Position numbers and translations under genes: made by a program. The notes below the pieces were generated by a model. That model saw only the letters and a program-made list of their open reading frames with translations, was not told the DNA's origin and ran no database searches. From a virus: a DNA stretch of 61,602 nucleotides. Positions 17,352-25,545 of the stretch are shown in pieces. The stretch lies in IMG/VR virus record IMGVR_UViG_3300045988_170590, one strand, 5' to 3'. Every line of letters starts with the position of its first letter. The first letter of the stretch is position 1.

Positions 17352-17774
17352 TTAAAACGGTAAATCCTCGTCATCTGCGGGGTACATAGAAACCTGCGTA
17401 CCGTTTCTCGCTCTGGTCGAATAAGCAGGCTCTTCCGGCGGATCGGAGTTCCCGCTTTGGTCGCCGTATGATAAGAACTCTACTTCGTCTACGACCAAAT
17501 CCCACCTTTGACGTTTATTTCCGTCTTTATCCTCGTAGTTGTTACTTTGAAACTTTCCCCACACGGCAACTTTACTACCCTTTTTAAGGTATCTGCCGCA
17601 GGCGGTGGCTGTGTTTCTCCACGCAAGACAATTAAAGAAGTCCGTACCCTTGTTTCCATTCTTATCAGGCGGTCTGCTTACCGCTATCGTAAAACGACAA
17701 TATTGCGTACCGCTTGCGGTCTCGCTTGTCTCGGGGTCTCTTGTCAAATTCCCCATTGCATAAACTTTTTGCAT
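17352..17774 (-). CDS. ssb: Single-stranded DNA-binding protein
   Basis: The N-terminus GNLTRDPE...YCRFTIAV is OB-fold-like and the C-terminal acidic tip is DDEDLPF. Confidence 0.85.
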   Translation of the reverse strand: MQKVYAMGNLTRDPETSETASGTQYCRFTIAVSRPPDKNGNKGTDFFNCLAWRNTATACGRYLKKGSKVAVWGKFQSNNYEDKDGNKRQRWDLVVDEVEFLSYGDQSGNSDPPEEPAYSTRARNGTQVSMYPADDEDLPF

Positions 17775-17779
17775 ATCGA

Positions 17780-18181
17780 TTACCTCGTTAATTTTTTATT
17801 TTTAAGCCGTCTTTCGGCTTTCGGTACATAAGCGGCAAGCGCGGATAGCAATCTTTCGGCGTAAATTGCCCTTTCTCGCCATTTTTCCATATCTGCCTTA
17901 CACTCGGCGTAGGAAGTTTCTAAAAACCGCTCCTGCGCCGTTTTTCGGCGTTCTGGCGATATATTGGATTTCGTTTGAAACATATCCTCCGCCCAAGAGT
18001 TTTGCCCGTCGTCTTCGGCAATCAGATAAATGCCACTTAAAACACGCGCAATAGTTACCGTTTGACCGCACCATTTAAGCATATCGCCAAATGTTACAAC
18101 CTCACCGTGTTCGGTCGGACAACTCTCGGGTATATCGGTTGCCGATTTTACTTGAACTTTGTCTCCGACCTTATAACGCAT
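17780..18181 (-). CDS. Hypothetical protein
   Basis: 133-aa co-oriented ORF. Confidence 0.6.
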   Translation of the reverse strand: MRYKVGDKVQVKSATDIPESCPTEHGEVVTFGDMLKWCGQTVTIARVLSGIYLIAEDDGQNSWAEDMFQTKSNISPERRKTAQERFLETSYAECKADMEKWRERAIYAERLLSALAAYVPKAERRLKNKKLTR

Positions 18182-18431
18182 TTGCTTTCACCGCCTGCAT
18201 TTTCTTGCGCTTATTGCTTTCAAGGGCTATCGCCTGCCGGCAACGCTCTTTAAGTTCCGCGCACATATTACCTTTACATTTGTGGGTACATACAAGACAC
18301 ATTTCGATTTCGCATTGATTGCGAATTTTTCCTCTCAGATCCGTAGTGGTCAAACCTTTATGACTTTTCAGATTTTCTTCGCCCAAAGTGTTTTTAACAC
18401 CTCTGCTCCAATAATTCTTTTTCTTAATCAT
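18171..18431 (-). CDS. Hypothetical basic Cys-containing protein
   Basis: 86-aa co-oriented ORF whose ends overlap the neighbouring genes. Confidence 0.5.
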   Translation of the reverse strand: MIKKKNYWSRGVKNTLGEENLKSHKGLTTTDLRGKIRNQCEIEMCLVCTHKCKGNMCAELKERCRQAIALESNKRKKMQAVKANAL

Positions 18432-18747
18432 CAGACTTCACCTCTTTCGGTTGAACGTAACGACTTGTGTCAGGTATGTCAAAATACTCGAAATAATCTT
18501 GAATATGTACCCTGCCTTGTATTTTCAGCCTGTCCGAGTTCCGCTTGACTTCTCGTATAAGTTTGTAAGCGGACGGAAGACTGATACCGAAAAGACGCAT
18601 AAAATCGTTTACGTCCAAATACTCTTTGGCAAAAATCTGCTCCCTCTGAGTGTAAGTTTTTACTACGTTCTCATCCTGCTTAATTGCGTCGTCCATAACT
18701 TTTATCTCCCATAATTTTTGATTATTTATCGTTGACAAGGTAGTCAA
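18424..18747 (-). CDS. HTH DNA-binding protein (excisionase/MerR-like)
   Basis: YLDVNDFMRLFGISLPSAYKLIREVK is an HTH segment. Confidence 0.5.
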   Translation of the reverse strand: MTTLSTINNQKLWEIKVMDDAIKQDENVVKTYTQREQIFAKEYLDVNDFMRLFGISLPSAYKLIREVKRNSDRLKIQGRVHIQDYFEYFDIPDTSRYVQPKEVKSDD

Positions 18748-18919
18748 CGCTTGTGTCTAAAATCTTCGCTATTTTTTTTATCGTCTGTATTCCCGGAGTC
18801 CTTAAATCTCGCTCGTAATGACAAACGGTCGGTTGCGTAACGCCTATCTTTTTCGCCAATTCGCTCTGACTACACTTCGCCGTTTCCCGTTTTTCGCGTA
18901 TTTTCTCACCTATCGACAT
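18722..18919 (-). CDS. Cro/CI-type XRE-family HTH regulator, first gene of the leftward early operon
   Basis: CSQSELAKKIGVTQPTVCHYERDLRTP. AAGGAGG SD. It is divergent from the repressor-like gene. Confidence 0.8.
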   Translation of the reverse strand: MSIGEKIREKRETAKCSQSELAKKIGVTQPTVCHYERDLRTPGIQTIKKIAKILDTSVDYLVNDK

Positions 18920-19001
18920 TCGACACCTCCTTATAAAATGTTATAATAACTGTAATTTCTTCACTTTTTCAGAGAAAAATTACTAAATTCGGCTTTTCCC
19001 G

Positions 19002-19030
19002 TTGACAAAGTTATTCCGTTGGGTTATAAT
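19002..19030 (+). promoter_or_regulatory. Perfect consensus promoter TTGACA-17 nt-TATAAT
   Basis: TTGACA at 19002-19007, a 17-nt spacer, and TATAAT at 19025-19030. Confidence 0.65.
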
Positions 19031-19616
19031 TTTAATGCTACGAAAAACTCAACCTAACGCAACTTCCCGACCAACGGGGAGAGCCTTAATCAAAACTAAA
19101 ACTAAACACACTCTTTGCTGTGTACGTTGCTCTAAGAGATTATCTCTGGGCAGGAAGGAGGTGGTTTTCTTGAAAACCCTTTTGACTTACCCGTGCATCC
19201 CGGTGTCAAGACAAGAAAAAAAGACATTGCAAAATCTTGGCTACGTTGTACAAACTACGGGCAAACGCTTTAAGACTTAACAACTTAAAGCAGGGTAGAA
19301 CCTGAACTACCTAAATTGTACTGAACTATGTCTTTTCACTGCCCAAACAGTGGAAGAAAAGGAATAGAAATGGTTTCTTTTGACATAGAACGATGAAAAA
19401 ATCAGGCAGTTGCCGACGCGCTTTTGGGGGCGTGTTTGTGATTGCTCTCTCTTAAAGCGACTTATACAGCAAAGAGAAAACAACCTGTTTAGTTTCTCAA
19501 TATAACGAACCTTTCTTTATTCCGTTTCGTTATATCTTGGCTATATTATATAGGATTTCCTATGTATTGTCAAGCGTTTAACTAGAATTTCTTAACTAAT
19601 TTTTTCGAGGCATAAA

Positions 19617-20591
19617 ATGCAAGTTCCTTACAGTCATTTTGAAGAATTACTTAATGAAAAAGGTTTAACTTCATACCGCGTTGCCAAAGATTTAGGTTTT
19701 TCTACGGTTTTGTTTACTCATTGGAAAAATGGTCGCTCTGCGCCAAAAATTGACAAACTTAATAAAATAGCAGAATACTTAAATGTTCCCATCAGTTACT
19801 TTATTGATGGGAGAACGAATAGTGCTTACGAAAAGAATAATGGAATTATAACTTTTTACGACAGAGTTATTGACTTATGTATAAAAAACAACATAAATAA
19901 AACAACCCTTGAAAAAAAATTGGGCTTTTCACAAAACTCCGTTAATAAATGGAAAACCTCTACACCTTCCGTTAAAAAAGTTCAGCAGTTGGCAGATTTT
20001 TTCAATGTTACACCTGCTTATTTAATGGGATTTGAATCAGATAAAAAGAATGACGGGGAAAAAGTGTTCAAAGAAAACTTCACTCGGATTTGCGCTAAAA
20101 AGGGATTGTCTCCCACAGCGGTTTGTTTGGATGTGGGGATTTCAAAATCAAATTACTCAAATTGGAATGATAATTCAATACCAAGAAAAACTACATTGAT
20201 TAAGATTGCCGACAGGTTAAATGTTGATATTTCGGAATTAACAAGTGGCACTTACGAAGGAAACTATAAAATGCAAGTAAAATACGAGTATTTTGCAGAT
20301 TTAATTGAAAAAAAAGGGCTAACCGCTTATAGAGTTGCAAAGGACACCAACCTTACAACCGTGTTATTTACTGATTGGAAAAAAGGTAAATCTAGCCCTA
20401 AATTTGATAAGTTAAGCAAAATAGCAGAATACTTAAATGTTCCCGTCAGTTACTTTGTCGACGGAAAAACCGATAAACCCTACGAAGAAAAGAAAGCCGA
20501 GGCAAAGTCGCTTATTAGCGACTTAACCCCGGAAGAAATCAAAAAGGTACAGGAATATATAGTTTTCTTAAAAAGCCAAAGAAAAAAGTAA
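19617..20591 (+). CDS. Repressor-like protein with four tandem XRE-type HTH domains
   Basis: Four repeats of the pattern (L/I)...G(L/I)(T/S)...(V/L)....G.S......W..G...P....L..IA..LNV...Y(F/L). Domains 1 and 4 share a 39-nt stretch with one mismatch. Confidence 0.8.
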   Translation: MQVPYSHFEELLNEKGLTSYRVAKDLGFSTVLFTHWKNGRSAPKIDKLNKIAEYLNVPISYFIDGRTNSAYEKNNGIITFYDRVIDLCIKNNINKTTLEKKLGFSQNSVNKWKTSTPSVKKVQQLADFFNVTPAYLMGFESDKKNDGEKVFKENFTRICAKKGLSPTAVCLDVGISKSNYSNWNDNSIPRKTTLIKIADRLNVDISELTSGTYEGNYKMQVKYEYFADLIEKKGLTAYRVAKDTNLTTVLFTDWKKGKSSPKFDKLSKIAEYLNVPVSYFVDGKTDKPYEEKKAEAKSLISDLTPEEIKKVQEYIVFLKSQRKK

Positions 20592-20601
20592 TTGAAATAA
20601 T

Positions 20602-21096
20602 ATGAGTATTTATTTGATTTGCGATACCACCATGATGTATTGGTCTACCATTTTGGCAAATATCGCGACAATAATAACCGGCATTTCGGCGTTTACTGCG
20701 CTCATTTGTTTGTTAAGAAATGCGTGCTTAAAGAAAAAATTAAATTGTAATATCTTCGTTTCCGAAGTATGCAAAACAATAAAAGGAGTAAAAGCGTTAA
20801 AATTATTTATAACATTTTCTAACCCATCAGAAATGGAGAAATGTTTAATAACTTTAACTTTCTCGCACAACTTTCGATTATATCCCATTTTTAATGGCAA
20901 CGCCGACATTAACAGTGTTAAGTACAAAGATATGGTATTAAACGAAGTTATACCCGCAAATCAATCAAAAACAATAAATTGTATCATCTTCGATAATGAC
21001 GACATTTTTCACGACAAGGTAAACCTCGTTTTGAAAGCCAAAACGGTAAATAAAGTTTTTACTTATAAAAAAGAAATCAAATTTCCCGATTTCTAA
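20602..21096 (+). CDS. Membrane-anchored hypothetical protein
   Basis: N-terminal hydrophobic helix WSTILANIATIITGISAFTALICLL. Located in the lysogeny block. Confidence 0.55.
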   Translation: MSIYLICDTTMMYWSTILANIATIITGISAFTALICLLRNACLKKKLNCNIFVSEVCKTIKGVKALKLFITFSNPSEMEKCLITLTFSHNFRLYPIFNGNADINSVKYKDMVLNEVIPANQSKTINCIIFDNDDIFHDKVNLVLKAKTVNKVFTYKKEIKFPDF

Positions 21097-21320
21097 ACGT
21101 TTACCATTAAACTCGAAATAATTCCCCATATGAGGATTACTATCATTCCGCCAATAAAGCAAGCAAAAGAAACATAAATAACAATAATACCCACTGACAT
21201 CAGTTTATCAAGGTTTAATACATCTCCTATAAGAGCCGAAAAAACACCAAGAGAGAATAGTATCGGGCTTAAAAAAGATAAAAATACACCAACGTTCTCT
21301 ATACTCATATCACTCCTCAA
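21093..21320 (-). CDS. Small two-TM membrane protein
   Basis: 75 aa, almost entirely hydrophobic, convergent with 20602-21096. Confidence 0.5.
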   Translation of the reverse strand: MRSDMSIENVGVFLSFLSPILFSLGVFSALIGDVLNLDKLMSVGIIVIYVSFACFIGGMIVILIWGIISSLMVNV

Positions 21321-21407
21321 AATGTTTCGTAATTATATTTTATGGGTGACATTAAGCCAAAAGCAAGATGTTTTGGTGTCAAAAAACAGTCATAAGTTAA
21401 ATGGTGT

Positions 21408-22244
21408 ATGGATAAGATTAAAATTTTTGAAAATAGAAACGTGCGCACCCTATGGAACGCCGACGAGGAAGAATGGTATTTTTCGGTAGTCGACGTAATT
21501 TCGATATTGACTGATAACGATTATCAAACGGCGCGAAAATACTGGAAAGTTCTAAAAGGCAGATTAAAAGATGAAGGCAGTGAGTTGGTATCATTTTGTT
21601 ACCAACTGAAAATGCGTTCTCCCAAAGACGGGAAAGAATATAATACCGACTGCCTTGATACAAAGGGTGTTTTACGTCTTGTGCAGTCTATCCCCTCGCC
21701 CAAAGCCGAGCCTTTTAAGGTTTGGCTTGCGAAAGTCGGTAGTGAAAGACTCGACGAAATCGCTGATCCCGAAAAGGCTATGCTCCGTGGCGTAGAGTTT
21801 TACCGTAAGAAAGGTTATCCCGAAGAATGGATAAATCAGCGCATGCTTGCGCTCAGAACGAGAAAAAATCTTACCGACGAATGGAAAGAGCGGGGTATTA
21901 AAGAAGGCAAAGAATACGCTATATTAACCGACGAGATGACAAAGGCTTGGAGCGGTATGTCGGTAAAGGAATATAAAAACCTTAAAGGTTTGAAAAAAGA
22001 AAATCTTCGCGATAATATGACCGACATAGAGTTGATTATAAATATGCTCGCAGAAGTTACCGCTACTACCCTTTCCAAAGAAGAAAAACCCGAAACCTTT
22101 AACGAGAGTAAATCCATAGTAAAACGCGGCGGCTCTCTTGCGGGCGAAACCCGCAAACGCTTTGAAGAAACGACGGGGACAAAAGTCACCACCGCTTTGA
22201 ACGCCGAGGATAAACCTGCCCTTGAACAAAGAGACAAAAAGTAA
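21408..22244 (+). CDS. Bro-N / DinD-like domain protein (possible antirepressor)
   Basis: The N-terminus IKIFENRNVRTLWNADEEEWYFSVVDVISILT is Bro-N-like. Confidence 0.6.
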   Translation: MDKIKIFENRNVRTLWNADEEEWYFSVVDVISILTDNDYQTARKYWKVLKGRLKDEGSELVSFCYQLKMRSPKDGKEYNTDCLDTKGVLRLVQSIPSPKAEPFKVWLAKVGSERLDEIADPEKAMLRGVEFYRKKGYPEEWINQRMLALRTRKNLTDEWKERGIKEGKEYAILTDEMTKAWSGMSVKEYKNLKGLKKENLRDNMTDIELIINMLAEVTATTLSKEEKPETFNESKSIVKRGGSLAGETRKRFEETTGTKVTTALNAEDKPALEQRDKK

Positions 22245-22246
22245 GA

Positions 22247-22264
22247 GGAACACCGAAGTGTTCC
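22247..22264. terminator. Perfect 7-bp hairpin GGAACAC-cgaa-GTGTTCC between convergent genes
   Basis: Read directly from the sequence. No strong U tract on the + strand and only a partial one on the - strand. Confidence 0.45.
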
Positions 22265-22288
22265 CCCTACCGAAAATGGATTATAGTA

Positions 22289-22411
22289 CTATGAGCGATT
22301 TGAAATAATTTCTTTCATAAAGAAAATCAAGAAATCAAGTTCGGATTCGGAATATGTATCGTTGTCGATTTCTTTGATAAGGTCTTGTTGATCTCTTGTT
22401 AATTTGTTCAT
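22289..22411 (-). CDS. 40-aa acidic peptide (MNKLTRDQQDLIKEIDNDTYSESELDFLIFFMKEIISNRS)
   Basis: GGAGG SD 6 nt upstream. Below the ORF-track length cutoff. Confidence 0.4.
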   Translation of the reverse strand: MNKLTRDQQDLIKEIDNDTYSESELDFLIFFMKEIISNRS

Positions 22412-22585
22412 CGTTTTCCTCCGTAAGGGTTGCCCCTTTTTGTTTCAAGTGTACCACCTTATAACAAAATGTCAAGGCTCAATATTGGAACTTCGAGGGT
22501 CGATATTGGTTCTTTCGAGTACCATTCGCGGTTTTAGAACAAATTTCGACAATTCTCGACGAATAAATTAAATAAGGGAGAAATA

Positions 22586-22909
22586 ATGAAAACACTAAAA
22601 GAAGACCTCAACAAACTTAAAGACAAACACAACCTTACCCTACCAGATATTGCAGAAAAATCGGGGATTCCGTTGTCAACAGTAAAAAAGATTTTCAGCG
22701 GAGAAACCCGAGACCCCGGGTATCTTTCTTTGAAACCGATATTAGACGTTTTACAACAGGAAGAAAAGAACTCAAAATCCTTGTCCGATGAAATGATAGA
22801 CCTCTGCGAAAGAGTGATTAAACGTAAAAACGGCTGGATTAAATTTTTAACCGTTTTATCGCTATTCCTCATCACTCTATTTGTTTCATTACTCATTTAC
22901 GATTTCTGA
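22586..22909 (+). CDS. XRE-type HTH protein with a C-terminal transmembrane anchor
   Basis: HNLTLPDIAEKSGIPLSTVKKIFSGETR (HTH) plus C-terminal FLTVLSLFLITLFVSLLIY. GGGAG SD. Confidence 0.65.
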   Translation: MKTLKEDLNKLKDKHNLTLPDIAEKSGIPLSTVKKIFSGETRDPGYLSLKPILDVLQQEEKNSKSLSDEMIDLCERVIKRKNGWIKFLTVLSLFLITLFVSLLIYDF

Positions 22910-22974
22910 GACTTAAATATCGGATTTATCAGGACTCGCGCCGATCGTAATACCACCTCTATAAGCATGTCTCT

Positions 22975-24117
22975 ATGAATGAAAAATTCTATATAAGCAG
23001 CACGAAAGCGAATATTCAAGAACGGCAGACAAAATTAAACGGAAAAGTCTACGATATTCGTTTCAGGGTGCTACTCCCTACCGGCGAAGAAACTTACAAA
23101 AAGTTATCGGGCTACAAATCGAAAGCCCTCGCAAAACAGGCGCATATAGACTTCATAACGAAAAACTGCGAACTCGTAAAGAACAACCCGTTAAAAAAGA
23201 AAAAAGCCGTAGAAGAAGGCAAAGACGAATTAACCGTCAAAAACCTCGCCCCGCTATATATAACGTCTATGTCAAATCAAAACAAAGACAGCACCATATA
23301 TGACCGTCGCGCCGACCTTAATAATTTCGTCGTACCGTATTTTAAGAATACAAAAATCTCCGATTTAACACCACAAAGGCTTTATGAGTGGCAAGATTAC
23401 CTTTGGAATATGAAAAACCCGCGCACGGGCGATTTTTATTCGTACAGCCATTTATCAAGTATACGCGGTACAATGAGTACATTTCTCGCATGGTGCGAAA
23501 TCCGCTACGGAGTTACCAATAATTTACGCAAAGTAAAAAAGCCGAAACGCCGCACGCCTAAAACCGCTATGCAGTTCTGGACACGCGAAGAGTTCGACAA
23601 GTTTATAGCCGTCGTGGATAACCCAACCTACCGCGCAATTTTTTACACTTTATTTTTTACAGGGAGAAGAAAAGGCGAAGTCCTCGCTTTATATTCCGAC
23701 GACGTACACAACGATTATATCGTCTTCGATAAAACCTGCACACGAAAAACGTTAGACAACTCGCCTTACAAAATAACCTCAACAAAAAACGAACGCCGCG
23801 CAAAAACTATTATTTGCAAACCGTTAAAAGTCGCCCTTGCCGAATATACACCCCAAAAACCTTTTTATTTCGGCGGACAACACCCTACACCCGAAAATAC
23901 GATTACACACGCCTTTGAACGCTACATAGCAAAGGCAGGCGTTAAACGAATCCGCATACACGACTTACGCCACTCATTCGTCTCTATGTGCATTCACCTC
24001 GGCGCAAGCGTCTACGTTGTCGCCGACCTCATAGGCGATACCGTCGCACAAGTTTTCAAAACTTACGGTCATCTATACGAAGAAGACAAACTCAATATCA
24101 TATCCCGTATAGAATAA
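22975..24117 (+). CDS. int: Tyrosine integrase
   Basis: GRRKGEVLAL (Arg), HDLRHSFVS (HxxR) and YGHLY (catalytic Tyr region). The N-terminus looks like an arm-binding domain. Confidence 0.85.
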   Translation: MNEKFYISSTKANIQERQTKLNGKVYDIRFRVLLPTGEETYKKLSGYKSKALAKQAHIDFITKNCELVKNNPLKKKKAVEEGKDELTVKNLAPLYITSMSNQNKDSTIYDRRADLNNFVVPYFKNTKISDLTPQRLYEWQDYLWNMKNPRTGDFYSYSHLSSIRGTMSTFLAWCEIRYGVTNNLRKVKKPKRRTPKTAMQFWTREEFDKFIAVVDNPTYRAIFYTLFFTGRRKGEVLALYSDDVHNDYIVFDKTCTRKTLDNSPYKITSTKNERRAKTIICKPLKVALAEYTPQKPFYFGGQHPTPENTITHAFERYIAKAGVKRIRIHDLRHSFVSMCIHLGASVYVVADLIGDTVAQVFKTYGHLYEEDKLNIISRIE

Positions 24118-24214
24118 ATTTTTGGGTTCGTTTTTTGGGTTCAAAACAAAAAATAAATCAAATAAATAAGGAACAATACAGATAAAAATTAAAATAAAAC
24201 GTGCAGAATATAAT

Positions 24215-24241
24215 AAAAACCGCCTAAATAAGGCGGTTTTT
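24215..24241. terminator. Bidirectional rho-independent terminator (AAAAACCGCCT-aaata-AGGCGGTTTTT)
   Basis: 7-bp GC-rich stem flanked by an A run and a T run. Confidence 0.75.
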
Positions 24242-24363
24242 ATTTACTGGTAGAGACAGTAGGGGTGTATTGACTGCATTATATAGTATGTCATAACTGT
24301 ATTCTTATACCATATATTGTGTTTTTTAATTTTTAGGTCTATTTTAGGTTTATTTTATTATTT

Positions 24364-24396
24364 GGAAAGGGCTTGCTTAAACTGCAAGCCCTTTCC
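24364..24396. terminator. Perfect 13-bp hairpin GGAAAGGGCTTGC-ttaaact-GCAAGCCCTTTCC
   Basis: Read directly. Followed by ATTTTG on the + strand. Confidence 0.55.
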
Positions 24397-24473
24397 ATTT
24401 TGAGTAAAAAATAATGGGGATAAATACAGATAACTACCAAAGCAAAAAGAAGTTATCGTTATGGGTAAAATAA

Positions 24474-24728
24474 TTATTTGACCGTAAACACGTTTTTCCC
24501 GTGATGAGTTACGGTCGCCTCGATATTTAATCGCGGAGTGAAAAATTTATACAACGGTTTCCACACCTTACTCCCTATATACTGCTCTTTCTCGCAGTCA
24601 AGGCACACCGCAACCTTACAACACCTGAAACGCTTATAACCGATATGATATTTGTTCTTATCGAAAATATGCCCGCAACACTCGGTGTCGATCCGCGACA
24701 TATACTCTTTAAGTTTTTTATCGCTCAT
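24474..24728 (-). CDS. Hypothetical Cys-rich protein
   Basis: 84-aa ORF downstream of the tRNA cluster on the same strand (CCGH...CCK..VCLDC). Confidence 0.5.
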   Translation of the reverse strand: MSDKKLKEYMSRIDTECCGHIFDKNKYHIGYKRFRCCKVAVCLDCEKEQYIGSKVWKPLYKFFTPRLNIEATVTHHGKNVFTVK

Positions 24729-24748
24729 ACGCTCTCCCTCGTCCGGTC

Positions 24749-24842
24749 TGGCGGAAGATACAGGACTCGAACCTATACAAGCAACATTTATTCGCTTGGA
24801 CGGTTTAGCAAACCGCTGCGCTACCCGTTACGCCAATCTTCC
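24749..24842 (-). tRNA. tRNA-Ser (anticodon GCU), class II with a long variable arm, CCA encoded
   Basis: Hand fold: acceptor GGAAGAU/AUCUUCC, anticodon loop UUGCUAA, variable stem CAAGC/GCUUG, T arm AUAGG-UUCGAGU-CCUGU. Confidence 0.85.
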
Positions 24843-24973
24843 GAATTGGTCGAGATTTGCATAAAAAACTCGGCACTCGACCCCGCAAGTTCTTCTTACC
24901 TTGCGCCACCGTCCACGAGTAATCGGCTCTCCGACGGTCGTTGCCTTACTTTTCCGTCTTTCAGACAACCATT

Positions 24974-25049
24974 TGGCAGGGGCAGAAAGACTCGAACTTC
25001 CGAAATCACGGAATCAAAATCCGTTGCCTTACCGCTTGGCAATACCCCT
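24974..25049 (-). tRNA. tRNA-Gln (anticodon UUG), CCA encoded
   Basis: Acceptor AGGGGUA/UGCCCCU, anticodon arm ACGGA-UUUUGAU-UCCGU, T arm GGAAG-UUCGAGU-CUUUC. Confidence 0.85.
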
Positions 25050-25115
25050 ATAAATTTAAGACACCCGCACCGATATAAACACTTTATTAAGGATTGATAC
25101 CGGTACGAGCGTCAA

Positions 25116-25190
25116 TGGTTGCAGAGAGAGGACTCGAACCTCTGACTTTCAGGTTATGAACCTGACGGGCTACCACTGCCCTACTCCGCG
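25116..25190 (-). tRNA. tRNA-Met (anticodon CAU) with a C1xA72 acceptor mismatch, CCA encoded
   Basis: D arm GGGC-AGUGGUA-GCCC, anticodon arm UCAGG-UUCAUAA-CCUGA, T arm AGAGG-UUCGAGU-CCUCU. An Ile2-type (lysidine) identity cannot be excluded. Confidence 0.8.
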
Positions 25191-25199
25191 ATATAAAAG

Positions 25200-25545
25200 A
25201 AAAACCTCTGAGCGAACTGTGCCACTCCAAAAGTCTTTCTTTTTATTTTTTCGGCGTTCTTCGCTGCCCGACAGTCGACCACATAGCCTTCGGCAGCCAC
25301 ACGCCGTTTCGTGGGTTTTAGTCTCATCCACCCACAACTTCCGCAAGCGACAGGATTTGAACCTGTAATCGTCTTTTAGCCGTCGCTATCCGACACCCCG
25401 TCTCAGTCGGGTTACACTCACATTTATGTAAAGACAGCCCGGGAAGGCTCTCAGGTCAGTTTCTATCAGGTGCATAAATATGAAACCGCCCCACAATTAC
25501 AGCCCCTCTTTATAAAGAACCGCAACCGCTTCTTGTCTTTACACT
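25200..25545 (-). ncRNA. Candidate structured RNA with an embedded tRNA-like T arm, directly upstream of the tRNA cluster
   Basis: No ORF. T-arm-like ACAGG-UUCAAAU-CCUGU (25350-25366). Nested helices CGGCGU/ACGCCG around GCUGCC/GGCAGC (25252-25306). Hairpin GUGGGU/ACCCAC (25311-25335). 9-bp long-range pair 25428-25436 / 25534-25542. Confidence 0.35.

Noticed and set aside
19002-19280. 92-aa track ORF in the cro/repressor intergenic region
   Set aside because: Its start codon coincides with the -35 box of the consensus promoter, so it would not be on that transcript. It has no SD and a basic low-complexity sequence. Only the internal 36-aa TTG ORF is kept as a weak possibility.
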